Source of the DNA: Syntrophales bacterium
GTDB taxonomy: Bacteria > Desulfobacterota > Syntrophia > Syntrophales > UBA2210
NCBI GenBank assembly: GCA_963666365.2
Contig: CAXXNF010000002.1
Location: 1,696,001-1,760,000, forward strand
Direction of reading: 5' to 3'
DNA: 64,000 nt
Position numbers and translations under genes: made by a program. The notes below the pieces were generated by a model. That model did not search any database. It worked only from the letters and a program-made list of their open reading frames with translations, and had not been told where the DNA came from. This document shows positions 41,139 to 50,436 of this stretch, in pieces; within the stretch, counting starts at the first letter, position 1, and every line of letters starts with the position of its first letter.

Positions 41139-42442
41139 GTTCAGAGCTGCTCCTTACCCTCGGAATGTTTATACCGCTCATCATTGCCATTATGTTTGGC
41201 GTGTCCTTAGGCTTCGCCCTGGGAGGCGTCGGTATCGTAGCCGCAATAATCATGTGGGGCCCGGCCGGTCTCTTCCCGATCGTGACCGGTGTTTTCAAAT
41301 ACATGTGGATGGTAGTGCTTGCAGCGGTTCCCCTCTTCGTCTTCATGGGTGTGGCGCTTTCAAAGTGCGGTATTGCAACGGACATGTACAACGCCTTCTA
41401 TATATGGTCGGGCAAAGTAAGGGGGGGGCTGGCTGTTGGTTCCTGCGGTTTTGCAGCGGCTCTCTCGGCGATGACCGGCAACTGCTCGGCTGCAACCGTT
41501 ACTGCCGGCCTCGTGGGCATACCGCCCATGAAGGAACGAAAATACAAAGAATCGCTTATTTTCGGCACAATCTGTTCTGCAGGCACTCTAGGCATTCTCA
41601 TTCCCCCGAGCATAACGCTTATTATCATAGGCATGATGACGGGGGAATCTATCGGAAAACTCTTTGCCGGCGGTTTGACCTCGGGCTTGTTCATATGCAC
41701 GACCTTTATCATCTATATCCTGATCAGGGCCTGGCTTCAGCCGGACATAGCCCCGGCACGGCCGGAATCTGCATCCCTAAAAGAGAAACTTGAAGCGACA
41801 AAGTCGGTCATCCTTCCCATATTCGTAGTACTTTCCGTACTGGGCTCCATATTTTTCGGCATCGCCACCCCCACGGAGGCGGCGGCCATAGGTTGTGTTG
41901 CCGTCCTCATCTGTGTGGCCATTCGCCGCGAACTGAGCTGGAGCTTTATAAAAGAGGTCATTTACAGCACCTCCACAGTAACGGGCATGATCTTTTGGAT
42001 TCTTTTCGGCGCGGCGGGATTCATCTCTGTTTATGCCGGTGGCGGTGGGTCCCAGTTTGTTCAAAACCTCCTTTTAAGCCTTGAAATGGGCCGCTGGGGG
42101 GTCTTTGTGATTACGATGGTCATTGTTTTTATAATGGGCATGTTCCTTGACCCTGTCGGCATTATTCTTCTCTGTCTGCCCATTTTTGCACCAGTTATGA
42201 AAAGCTACGGCTTCGATCCCATTTGGTACGGCGTCATTTTTCAGATAAATCTTTGCATTGGTTACATTACGCCCCCTTTTGGATACAATATTTTTTACAT
42301 CAAGACCCTGAGCCCGCAAACTCCTATTTTAAATATTTATAAAAGCGTCGGCCCCTTTGTCGTGCTGATGATGATATGCGGCGCCATTATGACATTTTTC
42401 CCTGCGATTATTACATGGCTCCCGAATGTTATGATTAAGTAG
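41135..42442 (+). CDS. dctM: TRAP transporter large permease
   Basis: AVPLF..MG, GTLGILIPPS, TPTEAAA, ITPPFG; ATGA overlap with dctQ. Confidence 0.94.
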   Translation: MSSELLLTLGMFIPLIIAIMFGVSLGFALGGVGIVAAIIMWGPAGLFPIVTGVFKYMWMVVLAAVPLFVFMGVALSKCGIATDMYNAFYIWSGKVRGGLAVGSCGFAAALSAMTGNCSAATVTAGLVGIPPMKERKYKESLIFGTICSAGTLGILIPPSITLIIIGMMTGESIGKLFAGGLTSGLFICTTFIIYILIRAWLQPDIAPARPESASLKEKLEATKSVILPIFVVLSVLGSIFFGIATPTEAAAIGCVAVLICVAIRRELSWSFIKEVIYSTSTVTGMIFWILFGAAGFISVYAGGGGSQFVQNLLLSLEMGRWGVFVITMVIVFIMGMFLDPVGIILLCLPIFAPVMKSYGFDPIWYGVIFQINLCIGYITPPFGYNIFYIKTLSPQTPILNIYKSVGPFVVLMMICGAIMTFFPAIITWLPNVMIK

Positions 42443-42661
42443 GGCGTTCACCTATCGTCCAGAACCTGCTCATGATGTTTTTGATCTAATATACCATCCG
42501 GGCCATGATTGATGAAACCCGGCATGAGGGCACATGGAATCCCGTTCGCCATTCTTCTCGCAACATCACCGGAAGAATCGAGAGGAACTGGAAGGCTAAA
42601 GTGAACAGGAGTCAATTGACGGAAAGGACAAAGCGTAATCAAAAAAGGAGGAATAGAACAG

Positions 42662-43720
42662 ATGGAAAAAAAGCTAACACGACGTGATGTACTCAAAATG
42701 GGAGCGACCGCCGGGGCAATCGCAACAACGGGAGCAATTGCATCGGCCGGTACGGCATTTGCGAAATCAAACAAAAAAGCAAAGTTCAGTTGGAGAATGC
42801 AGTGTCACTGGCCGATAGGCGTAGAATATTATCAACATAACTACATTGCATTCTGTGATTCGGTAAGAGAAGCAACAGATGGCGAACTGGATATAAAGCC
42901 CTTTCCACCCAATTCCATCGTGCCCACAAAGGATACCCTTGAAGCAGTGGGAAACGGACTTTTTGAAATCAACTGGTGCTGGCCCGCCTACTGGCAGGGT
43001 AAAATGCCTGTCGCATCGCTGGCATGCGGTCATACCTTCGTATGGGATAATCTCTCCCAAATGTACTGGAATACCAACATGCAAAATGCGATGGAGTACT
43101 ACCGGGCGGCATACGCGGACCACAATGTGCATCTGGTAGGATTTCTCGGCGTTGACGGAATTACCCTCTGGTCGAAGAAACCGATCGAAAAAATAGAAGA
43201 TTTCAAAGGCCTTAAGGTGCGAAGCACGGGAACACCTGCCGATACCATGAGAAAAGCGGGGGCCACTCCCGTGTATTTTCCCGGTTCCGAATTGTATCAG
43301 GCCCTCCAAACCGGCGTCTGTGAAGCGGCGCACTGGGGCGGCATCTATACAGGCGCCGAGATGAAATTTGCCGAAGTTACTCAATATATTGTTCAGCCTG
43401 ACCTCGCACGGGTAAGCAACGCCGAAATTTTCATCAACAAGCAGAAATGGGAGAAACTTCCCGGTGACTTCAAGAAAATCATTAATGAGTGCACCATGGC
43501 AAACAATTATGATCTCTACTCATTCTGCGACTTCAAAAGCAAGAAGATCCTTAAGGATGTGGTGGACTCGAAGAAGGTCTCCGTGAGCAGGCTAGAGCCA
43601 AAAACCGTAGAGCAGCTTAAGGCCTATTCAATCGAGGTTCTTGATGAATATGCCAAAAAGGATCCTAAGTATTGCGGTCCCGTGGTCAAGACGTATAAGG
43701 AAATGTTCAGCCTTACATAA
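42662..43720 (+). CDS. dctP: TRAP substrate-binding protein with Tat signal
   Basis: TRRDVLK Tat motif; WRMQ; DFKGLKVR; ELYQALQTG. Confidence 0.92.
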   Translation: MEKKLTRRDVLKMGATAGAIATTGAIASAGTAFAKSNKKAKFSWRMQCHWPIGVEYYQHNYIAFCDSVREATDGELDIKPFPPNSIVPTKDTLEAVGNGLFEINWCWPAYWQGKMPVASLACGHTFVWDNLSQMYWNTNMQNAMEYYRAAYADHNVHLVGFLGVDGITLWSKKPIEKIEDFKGLKVRSTGTPADTMRKAGATPVYFPGSELYQALQTGVCEAAHWGGIYTGAEMKFAEVTQYIVQPDLARVSNAEIFINKQKWEKLPGDFKKIINECTMANNYDLYSFCDFKSKKILKDVVDSKKVSVSRLEPKTVEQLKAYSIEVLDEYAKKDPKYCGPVVKTYKEMFSLT

Positions 43721-43750
43721 GCGGAAGTTACATACGAAGCGCACAAGGCG

Positions 43751-43782
43751 CGGCGGAGCCTTTCATGAAGAAGGCTCCGCCG
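43751..43782 (+). other. Strong intergenic hairpin after dctP (mRNA stabiliser or weak terminator)
   Basis: CGGCGGAGCCTT-8nt-AAGGCTCCGCCG, perfect 12-bp stem with no U tract. Confidence 0.6.
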
Positions 43783-43821
43783 ATTCGCCAACCATTGGGG
43801 CACAACCTAAGCGGTACAGCC

Positions 43822-45336
43822 ATGCTGAGAACCAGCGAACAATATCATCGTGATCTTTTTTCCATGAGGAACAATGTGTTCATCGGTGGAAACCTGGTGG
43901 GCAGGGATGACTCTCGATTGACGACAGGGAGAAATGTAATCGACCTGACCTACGACCTGGTCACGGCCCCGGAGTGGAAAGAACTCCTCTCAACAACATC
44001 ACCGGTTACCGGTTATAACGTCAGTCGGTTTTCCCATCTCTCTCAACATCCCTTTGACCTGCTTCAATGGCAAAAACTGGTCAGGACACTCTGTCGCCGC
44101 TGCGGTGGCTGCATACAACGATGCGGAGGACATGACGCCCTTTCGGCCCTTGGCATCTATGCGAACGAAATCGACAAAAATAGAAGCTCTTATTATTTAA
44201 AACGATTCACCGATTATCTGACGTCATTTCAGCACAGGGATTTAAATGCCTGTTGCGCCCATATTGACGCGAAAGGCGACCGGCTCAGGAAATTAAGCGA
44301 GCAGGAAAACCCCGAGCAGTATCTTCACATCATAGAAAAGCGGGATGAAGGTATTATTGTAAGCGGGCGAAAGACAGCGAGCATACAAGCGGCCTATGCC
44401 GATGAAATCATAGTACTGCCAGGATATTCCATGGATGCAGACGACAGGGATTACGCAATCGCCTTTGCAATCCCTGCCGATTGGGAAGGAATCAGCTTAA
44501 TCACAAAACCCTCGGGGAATAATAGCATAGACAACTTTGATAACTCCCCCTTTTGCAGGTTCGGAACATCACAATCGATTGTGGTTTTTGATAACGCCTA
44601 CATTCCACGCGAAAGGATCTTCATGTGCGGCGAGTGGGATTTCAGCAACAGGCTCGTTTCGCTCTACAAAGCCTTTCACCTCTTTAACCATAGCGGCTGC
44701 AAACTGGCCCTTTCGGAAATCCTCTGCGGAACGGCATCGCTGGCCGCCGAAGTTAACAACATGGAACACATTCCTCATATAAAACATAAAATACTGTCAT
44801 CAGTTCACGCCGCCAGACTGGCACATGCCGCAGGCGTGGCAGCAGCCCTCTATGGTGAAAAAACCCAAAATGGACTCATTATACCCAATGGCGACTATGT
44901 TGCCGCCGCGAAGACATTCACAGAAAAACTCATTAACAATGAATTAGGCATATTGAACCATATCTCCGGGAACATGACGGCATCTCTTCCGCTGACACAG
45001 GACTTTTACGGTAAGGAAACAAAAGAGCTTTTAAGAAAGTTTATTACGAGAAATCCTGCCATCCCTCCCGAACTTTCTCTAAAAATTTGGAAATACATTG
45101 AGAGTGTGGGAAATACATCCTGTATCTGTATTTTGGACACGGAAGACATACCAGGAAATGCTCTGTCATACCAAGACAGATATGCAGAGAACGGTCAAGG
45201 CCATTATGACGACATAAAAACACTGGCACGGTACCTTGCCGGTGTCGACGATACACTGGATGATGAAAGAATACGGAATGAAAACCCGACGTTCGGTATA
45301 AGTTTGATCGAACAGTCCATCTTTTCTGACAGGTAA
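43822..45336 (+). CDS. Divergent AbfD/HpaB-family protein, paralog 2 (possibly non-catalytic)
   Basis: Colinear with paralog 3 (MLRT.EQYH..LFSMRNN; CIQRC; DAKGDR; SGCK; LARYLAG...PTFG) but lacks HGGGSP. Confidence 0.8.
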   Translation: MLRTSEQYHRDLFSMRNNVFIGGNLVGRDDSRLTTGRNVIDLTYDLVTAPEWKELLSTTSPVTGYNVSRFSHLSQHPFDLLQWQKLVRTLCRRCGGCIQRCGGHDALSALGIYANEIDKNRSSYYLKRFTDYLTSFQHRDLNACCAHIDAKGDRLRKLSEQENPEQYLHIIEKRDEGIIVSGRKTASIQAAYADEIIVLPGYSMDADDRDYAIAFAIPADWEGISLITKPSGNNSIDNFDNSPFCRFGTSQSIVVFDNAYIPRERIFMCGEWDFSNRLVSLYKAFHLFNHSGCKLALSEILCGTASLAAEVNNMEHIPHIKHKILSSVHAARLAHAAGVAAALYGEKTQNGLIIPNGDYVAAAKTFTEKLINNELGILNHISGNMTASLPLTQDFYGKETKELLRKFITRNPAIPPELSLKIWKYIESVGNTSCICILDTEDIPGNALSYQDRYAENGQGHYDDIKTLARYLAGVDDTLDDERIRNENPTFGISLIEQSIFSDR

Positions 45337-45408
45337 CTGAAAATCATTTTTCTCGAAACGGACTCCGTTGGAATGGCCGGGAGTTAATAGAAAGGAGCGG
45401 CATTCATC

Positions 45409-45909
45409 ATGACGACCGACAAGGAATCGAAGCTTAATCAAATAGAAAAGACGGCGCAGCATTATGAGGAAGTATATCATGGATGTTCGCGCTGTGTTTT
45501 TAAGGCGCTGCAGGAACACCTGAACCTGGGGGACGGCGCGACGGTAAAAGCCGCAACCCCTTTTGCAGCAGGCATTGCCATGCGCGGTGAAACCTGTGGC
45601 GCCCTTCTGGGAGGATTGATGGCGCTCGGAATCGTAACTGCAAGTGAAAATTTTGAGGATGAAGCAGCCCAATTCGGCGCAATGGCGGCAGCATACAGAC
45701 TCGCACGGAAGGTTGAAAAAGAATTCGGATCCACTCAGTGTAAAACCATTCAAACCGAAAAGCTGGGACAATTTTACAGTCTCGCCGATCCTCAGCAATA
45801 TGAAGCGTTTGTTGCAGCGGGGGGATATGTGGAATGTCCGAAGGTGGTCGGTAAAATCGCAAGAATGACCGGAGCATTCATTCTGGAGTATCTTGAGGGA
45901 AAGAAATAA
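45409..45909 (+). CDS. C-GCAxxG-C-C family putative redox protein
   Basis: GCSRC, PFAAG...ETCGALLG, FGSTQC, ECP.VV. Confidence 0.88.
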   Translation: MTTDKESKLNQIEKTAQHYEEVYHGCSRCVFKALQEHLNLGDGATVKAATPFAAGIAMRGETCGALLGGLMALGIVTASENFEDEAAQFGAMAAAYRLARKVEKEFGSTQCKTIQTEKLGQFYSLADPQQYEAFVAAGGYVECPKVVGKIARMTGAFILEYLEGKK

Positions 45910-46134
45910 CTAGCGACAGTACGACACCCAATGAATCGATATGGATGGGGACTCTCACCGTACTGAGCGTATCGGAGCTCTTTTGGACTGCATATTCACG
46001 AGTTATAACGGGAACGAAAATTTATATCGACAATAGACCTTCTATTGTTTAGAGTTATATTTTGTTTTTATAAAAGAGGAGGGTGAAATTCCCTGCATGA
46101 GCATACAAAACTATTTTAATAAGGAGCACGTATA

Positions 46135-47640
46135 ATGCTGAGAACAAAAGAGCAGTACCATGAACGGCTATTTTCGATGAGAAATAACATCTATATCGGA
46201 GGGGACAGGGTAAATCGCAACGACCATCGCCTTCGGCCAGGGCTCAATGTGCTGGATGTCACCTTTGATGTGGCGCAAAACTCGGAGTGGAAGGGGCTTG
46301 CCACGGCCGTCTCGTCCCTCACGGGGGAAGAAATCAACAGGTGGAACCACCTGCCCCAGAGCCCTTACGATCTGCTGCAAAAACAAAAACTGATCCGTCT
46401 GACGGCCCGGCGGGTAGGCGGATGTATTCAGCGGTGTATGGGACATGACGCGATCAACGCATTGGCCATCTGCACCAAAGAGATAGACGACGCGCATGGA
46501 ACTGAATATCATAAACGGTTTATGACGTACCTGCAGAACTATCAATCCCTCGACCTTGATGGCACCTGTTCCCAGACCGATGCAAAGGGCGACCGGTTGA
46601 AGAGACCGTCCCAGCAGGAAAACCCCGATTCATATGTCCACATCGTGGAAAAGAAATCGGATGGTATTGTGGTAAAGGGAATGAAAATGTCCATTACCCA
46701 GGCCGCCTATGCCGATGTGCTCTTTGTGGTGCCCACGCGAGCGCTTACGGAAGAAGATAAAGACTGGGCCGTCGCCTTCGCAGTACCCGCTGATGCGGAA
46801 GGAATCAAGATGATCACCCGGCCTGTCTGGATGCGTGACAAGGACGAAGCGGGGGCCGCCCCCTTTTCCACCTATGGGGTATCGGACTCGGTAATTATTT
46901 ATGACAATGTCTTTGTCCCCTGGGAACAGGTGTTCATGTGCGGAGAATGGCAGTACGGGCGCCGTCTGGCCCTTCTCTTCGCCGATTCTCACCGTCACAG
47001 CTACAGCGGGTGCAAACCGGGTGTGTCCGATGTGCTCTGCGGCGCCACAGCGCTGGCGGCGGAGGCGAATAATGTGGCCAAAATGTCTCACGTGCGGGAA
47101 AAACTTTCCGAGTATGCGGAAGCAGCGGAACTGGCCTATGCGGCAGGCGTCGCCGCCGCCGTATTCGGCGAAAAGACATCGAGCGGCGTGTTCTTCCCCA
47201 ATGAAATCTATGCAAACGTTGGCCGTCGAATGACGGGAGAATCGATCTATCACGAATACAACATACTGACGGAAATAGCGGGCGGCATCTCGGTGACGCT
47301 CCCCTTCGCCGAGGATTTCGATGCACCGGAAACGAAGAAGGAACTGGAACGATTCATCATACGCAATCCCGCTATCAATGCGGAAGATGCCTTAAAGATC
47401 TGGAAGTTTGTGGAAAATGTGGGGGCATCACCCATGACGGCCTGGTACTTGATCGCCGGCGTGCATGGCGGCGGCTCGCCCGTCATGGAAACGATCGCCC
47501 TGAATATCGGCTACGACTATGATGAACGGAAACGGCTTGCCCGCTATCTCGCCGGCATCGACAAGGATTTCGATGACTCGAAAATGAGATCCCTGGAACC
47601 CACGTTCGGAGACGGGTTGAAAGAGGAACGAAAATTGTAA
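46135..47640 (+). CDS. AbfD/HpaB-family FAD/[4Fe-4S] dehydratase-like protein, paralog 3
   Basis: CIQRC, SQTDAKGDR, HRHSYSGCK, HGGGSP; AAGGAG RBS. Confidence 0.87.
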   Translation: MLRTKEQYHERLFSMRNNIYIGGDRVNRNDHRLRPGLNVLDVTFDVAQNSEWKGLATAVSSLTGEEINRWNHLPQSPYDLLQKQKLIRLTARRVGGCIQRCMGHDAINALAICTKEIDDAHGTEYHKRFMTYLQNYQSLDLDGTCSQTDAKGDRLKRPSQQENPDSYVHIVEKKSDGIVVKGMKMSITQAAYADVLFVVPTRALTEEDKDWAVAFAVPADAEGIKMITRPVWMRDKDEAGAAPFSTYGVSDSVIIYDNVFVPWEQVFMCGEWQYGRRLALLFADSHRHSYSGCKPGVSDVLCGATALAAEANNVAKMSHVREKLSEYAEAAELAYAAGVAAAVFGEKTSSGVFFPNEIYANVGRRMTGESIYHEYNILTEIAGGISVTLPFAEDFDAPETKKELERFIIRNPAINAEDALKIWKFVENVGASPMTAWYLIAGVHGGGSPVMETIALNIGYDYDERKRLARYLAGIDKDFDDSKMRSLEPTFGDGLKEERKL

Positions 47641-47663
47641 TCCTTAATGGTCTTCTGAGGAAA

Positions 47664-47698
47664 AAGGCCCTCTCTGTTTTCATAACACAGAGGGCTTT
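47664..47698 (+). terminator. Probable terminator hairpin
   Basis: GCCCTCT...AGAGGGC followed by TTT, with an A-run before. Confidence 0.5.
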
Positions 47699-47731
47699 CA
47701 ATCCCTAAGAAGACTGAAGAAAGGACTCGCC

Positions 47732-48250
47732 ATGATCCCCACCATAAAGAAAATCCTCTATGCAACAGATTTATCCAGGAATTCCGCTTATGCCTTTCGT
47801 TATGCCATGAATTCGGCGCTCAAACATGATGCAAGAATAACTATTCTTCACGTGATCGAAGAAATGTCCCCCAGCGCCGAGGCTGTTGTGAAACTTCATA
47901 TTGGAGAAGCGGAACACGAAAGAATTATAAGGGGGGCCATCGAACAATCCATGTCGGGGATAAAAAAGCGGATTCAGATTTTCTGCGATAAAGAAATGGA
48001 GGGGCGTCCCGAATGTTTCGACAAGGTTGATGATATTGAAGTCTGTGAAGGATATCCCGCCGACGAGATACTGAGGCGGGCATACGAAGAGGGCTTCGAC
48101 CTTATCATCATGGGATCTCATGGTCGTGGCATCCTGAGCCATAGTTTTTTGGGCAGTACCGCCGAACGGGTACTTCGCAGGACACGCATACCTATCTACA
48201 CCATTCCGCTGCCGAAGGGGGACATTGATATTTCCCTGCCCGACATTTAG
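47732..48250 (+). CDS. Universal stress protein
   Basis: KKILYATDLS...MGSHGRG...LGSTAERVLR. Confidence 0.93.
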   Translation: MIPTIKKILYATDLSRNSAYAFRYAMNSALKHDARITILHVIEEMSPSAEAVVKLHIGEAEHERIIRGAIEQSMSGIKKRIQIFCDKEMEGRPECFDKVDDIEVCEGYPADEILRRAYEEGFDLIIMGSHGRGILSHSFLGSTAERVLRRTRIPIYTIPLPKGDIDISLPDI

Positions 48251-48329
48251 CACCGAGCTTAAAAAACGAACCCTTTCCCCGTGTCGAATGCGCAACACTG
48301 TATTTTTATACGAAACGAGGCAATCAGAC

Positions 48330-48965
48330 GTGAACGTGGGGTACGTGCTTGCCAACAGCGCCGCCAAATTTCCCGATAAGGAGGCCATCGTCTGTGACCA
48401 GGGGCGCATGACCTACGGAGCTTTTGAAGATCGCGCCGCCCGTCTGGCCGGTGCCATGCTGTCTGCAGGACTGACGCGGGGAGAACGGGTGGCCTTGCTT
48501 TTCTACAACGGCGGACCCTTTGTGGAAACCTACTTTGCCGCGGTACGGATCGGTTTGGTGGCCACGCCGGTAAACTTCCGCCTTGTGGGAGAAGAAATTG
48601 TCTATATTTTAACCGATTCCAACGCAGCAGCGCTGTTTCACGGACCGGAATTCCAGACCGTAATCGAACAGGTTCGCCATCGGTGTCCCGCACTGCGCCT
48701 GGTAGTATGTCCGGGTGGAGGAAAAGGAACGGTTGATTACGACGGGTTCCTCTCGGATGGAACGCCATGTCCTATCGATATTACCGTGACCTAATCAGAC
48801 CGGTCTCAGCTCATGTACACTTCTGGCACCACCGGACGGCCTAAGGGCGCCATGATAAGTCACGGCAACGTCCTGTGGAACCTTGTCAATTCCATGCTCG
48901 AACGAGAAGATCGGCCGGGACAGGTGTCGGTGATCGTCGGTCCCCTCCACCATACAGCGGCGCTG
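48330..48965 (+). pseudogene. AMP-forming acyl-CoA ligase, N-terminal fragment
   Basis: GTG start; PVNFRL; in-frame TAA at 48792-48794 shortly before MYTSGTTGRPKG; homology ends after GPLHHTAAL. Confidence 0.85.
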
Positions 48966-50371
48966 CCACCAAGACCGATCTGGTGTTGGGCGCCCTGATT
49001 ATTCTGCTTGTCCTGGAATGTACGCGGAGGCTCATGGGATGGGCGCTTCCCATTATCACTGAGGTGGCACTCTCCTACACCCTCTTCGGCGACCGCATTA
49101 CCGGTCTCTGGGGGCATTTCCCCATCGACTTTGAACAGCTCATCAGTTACCAGTATCTGACCACGGAGGGACTCTTCGGCATACCGCTGGGGGTAAGCGC
49201 CAGTTTTATTTTTGTGTTTATCATGTTCGGCGCCTTCCTGGTCACTTCGGGCACGGGAAAATTTTTCATCAGATTCGCAAACGCCCTGGCAGGCCATCTC
49301 AGAGGCGGACCGGCAAAGGTAGCGGTGGTAAGCAGTGCCTTTTTCGGCACAATCAGCGGCTCCGCCGTGGCAAATGTCGTTAGTACGGGATCATTCACAA
49401 TTCCCCTGATGAAAAAAATCGGCTACTGATCCGTTTTTTCAGGGGCGGTGGAATCGGTCTCATCCGCGGGAGAACAGTTTATGCCGCCGGGAATGGGCGC
49501 CGGCGCCTTTATCATGGCCGATATGCTGGGCGTTCCCTACCTGGATGTCTGCAAAGCCGCCATCATTCCGGGAGCACTCTACTTTTTCGCCCTCTTCTGG
49601 ATGGTCCACATGGAAGCGCTCAAATCGGGACTTCGAGGGCTCAACCGCGACGAACTTCCCCAGTTCTGGCCGGTGGTAAAAGGGGGCGGCCATTTGATGA
49701 TTCCCGCCTTTCTCCTGGTCGCGTTTCTGATCATGTGCTACTCCCCCATGAAGTCGGGTCTCTGGGCCATAATCGCCGTCTGGATCGTCAGCTTTCTGAA
49801 AAAGAGCACCCGGATGAATCTGACATCGGTCCTGAACGCCATGGAGAAAGGCGCCAGGGGATGTCTTGAGGTTGCACTGGCCTGCGCCTGCGCCGGTATC
49901 GTCATAGGATGCGTAACACAGACAGGATTGGGACTGAAATTTTCCAGTCTGGTCGTTGCAGCGGCAGGAGGCAAAATGATTTTCACGCTGATTTTCGTCA
50001 TGGTGGCCTCTCTTATCCTGGGCATTGAACTCACCACCTCGGCCGCCTATATACTCACCGTGATTCTGGGAGGTCCTGTGCTGGTTGAATTGGGAATCCC
50101 CCCGCTCGCTGCACACATGTTTGTATTCTATTACGCATATCTCTCCTGCATTACCCCTCCGGTCGCCCTGGGATCGGGAATGATGGGCTACCTGCGCGAC
50201 CGACTGAACTGGGGGTTTCGCATCCTACTGCTCATGGCAGGACTGGGGCTCATAAAACCGGAGCTGGTCACGGACCTTTTCGGTATTTTCGCACTGGGAG
50301 GCATCCTCCTTTATCAGTACTGGGAAAACAGGCATTCGGCGGCGGCCATGACGTCGGGAACACCCGGCTGA
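48965..50371 (+). pseudogene. TRAP fused 4TM/12TM permease fragment
   Basis: No N-terminus; GGPAKVAV, SGSAVANV..TG..TIP; in-frame TGA at 49427-49429; apparent internal deletion after ITPPVAL. Confidence 0.85.
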
Positions 50372-50436
50372 GCATACACACCCGGTCAACATGGCACAGG
50401 TGCGACAGCGATGGCTGTTGCCCACATATGCCTGTG

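Noticed and set aside
43822..45336. Paralog 2 as a pseudogene
   Set aside because: Full-length open frame with the cluster ligands retained; kept as a CDS
49427..49429. In-frame TGA in the TRAP permease as selenocysteine or read-through
   Set aside because: The position is a loop after KKIGY that is not a Cys site, and the gene has other lesions and no N-terminus. A nonsense mutation is simpler.
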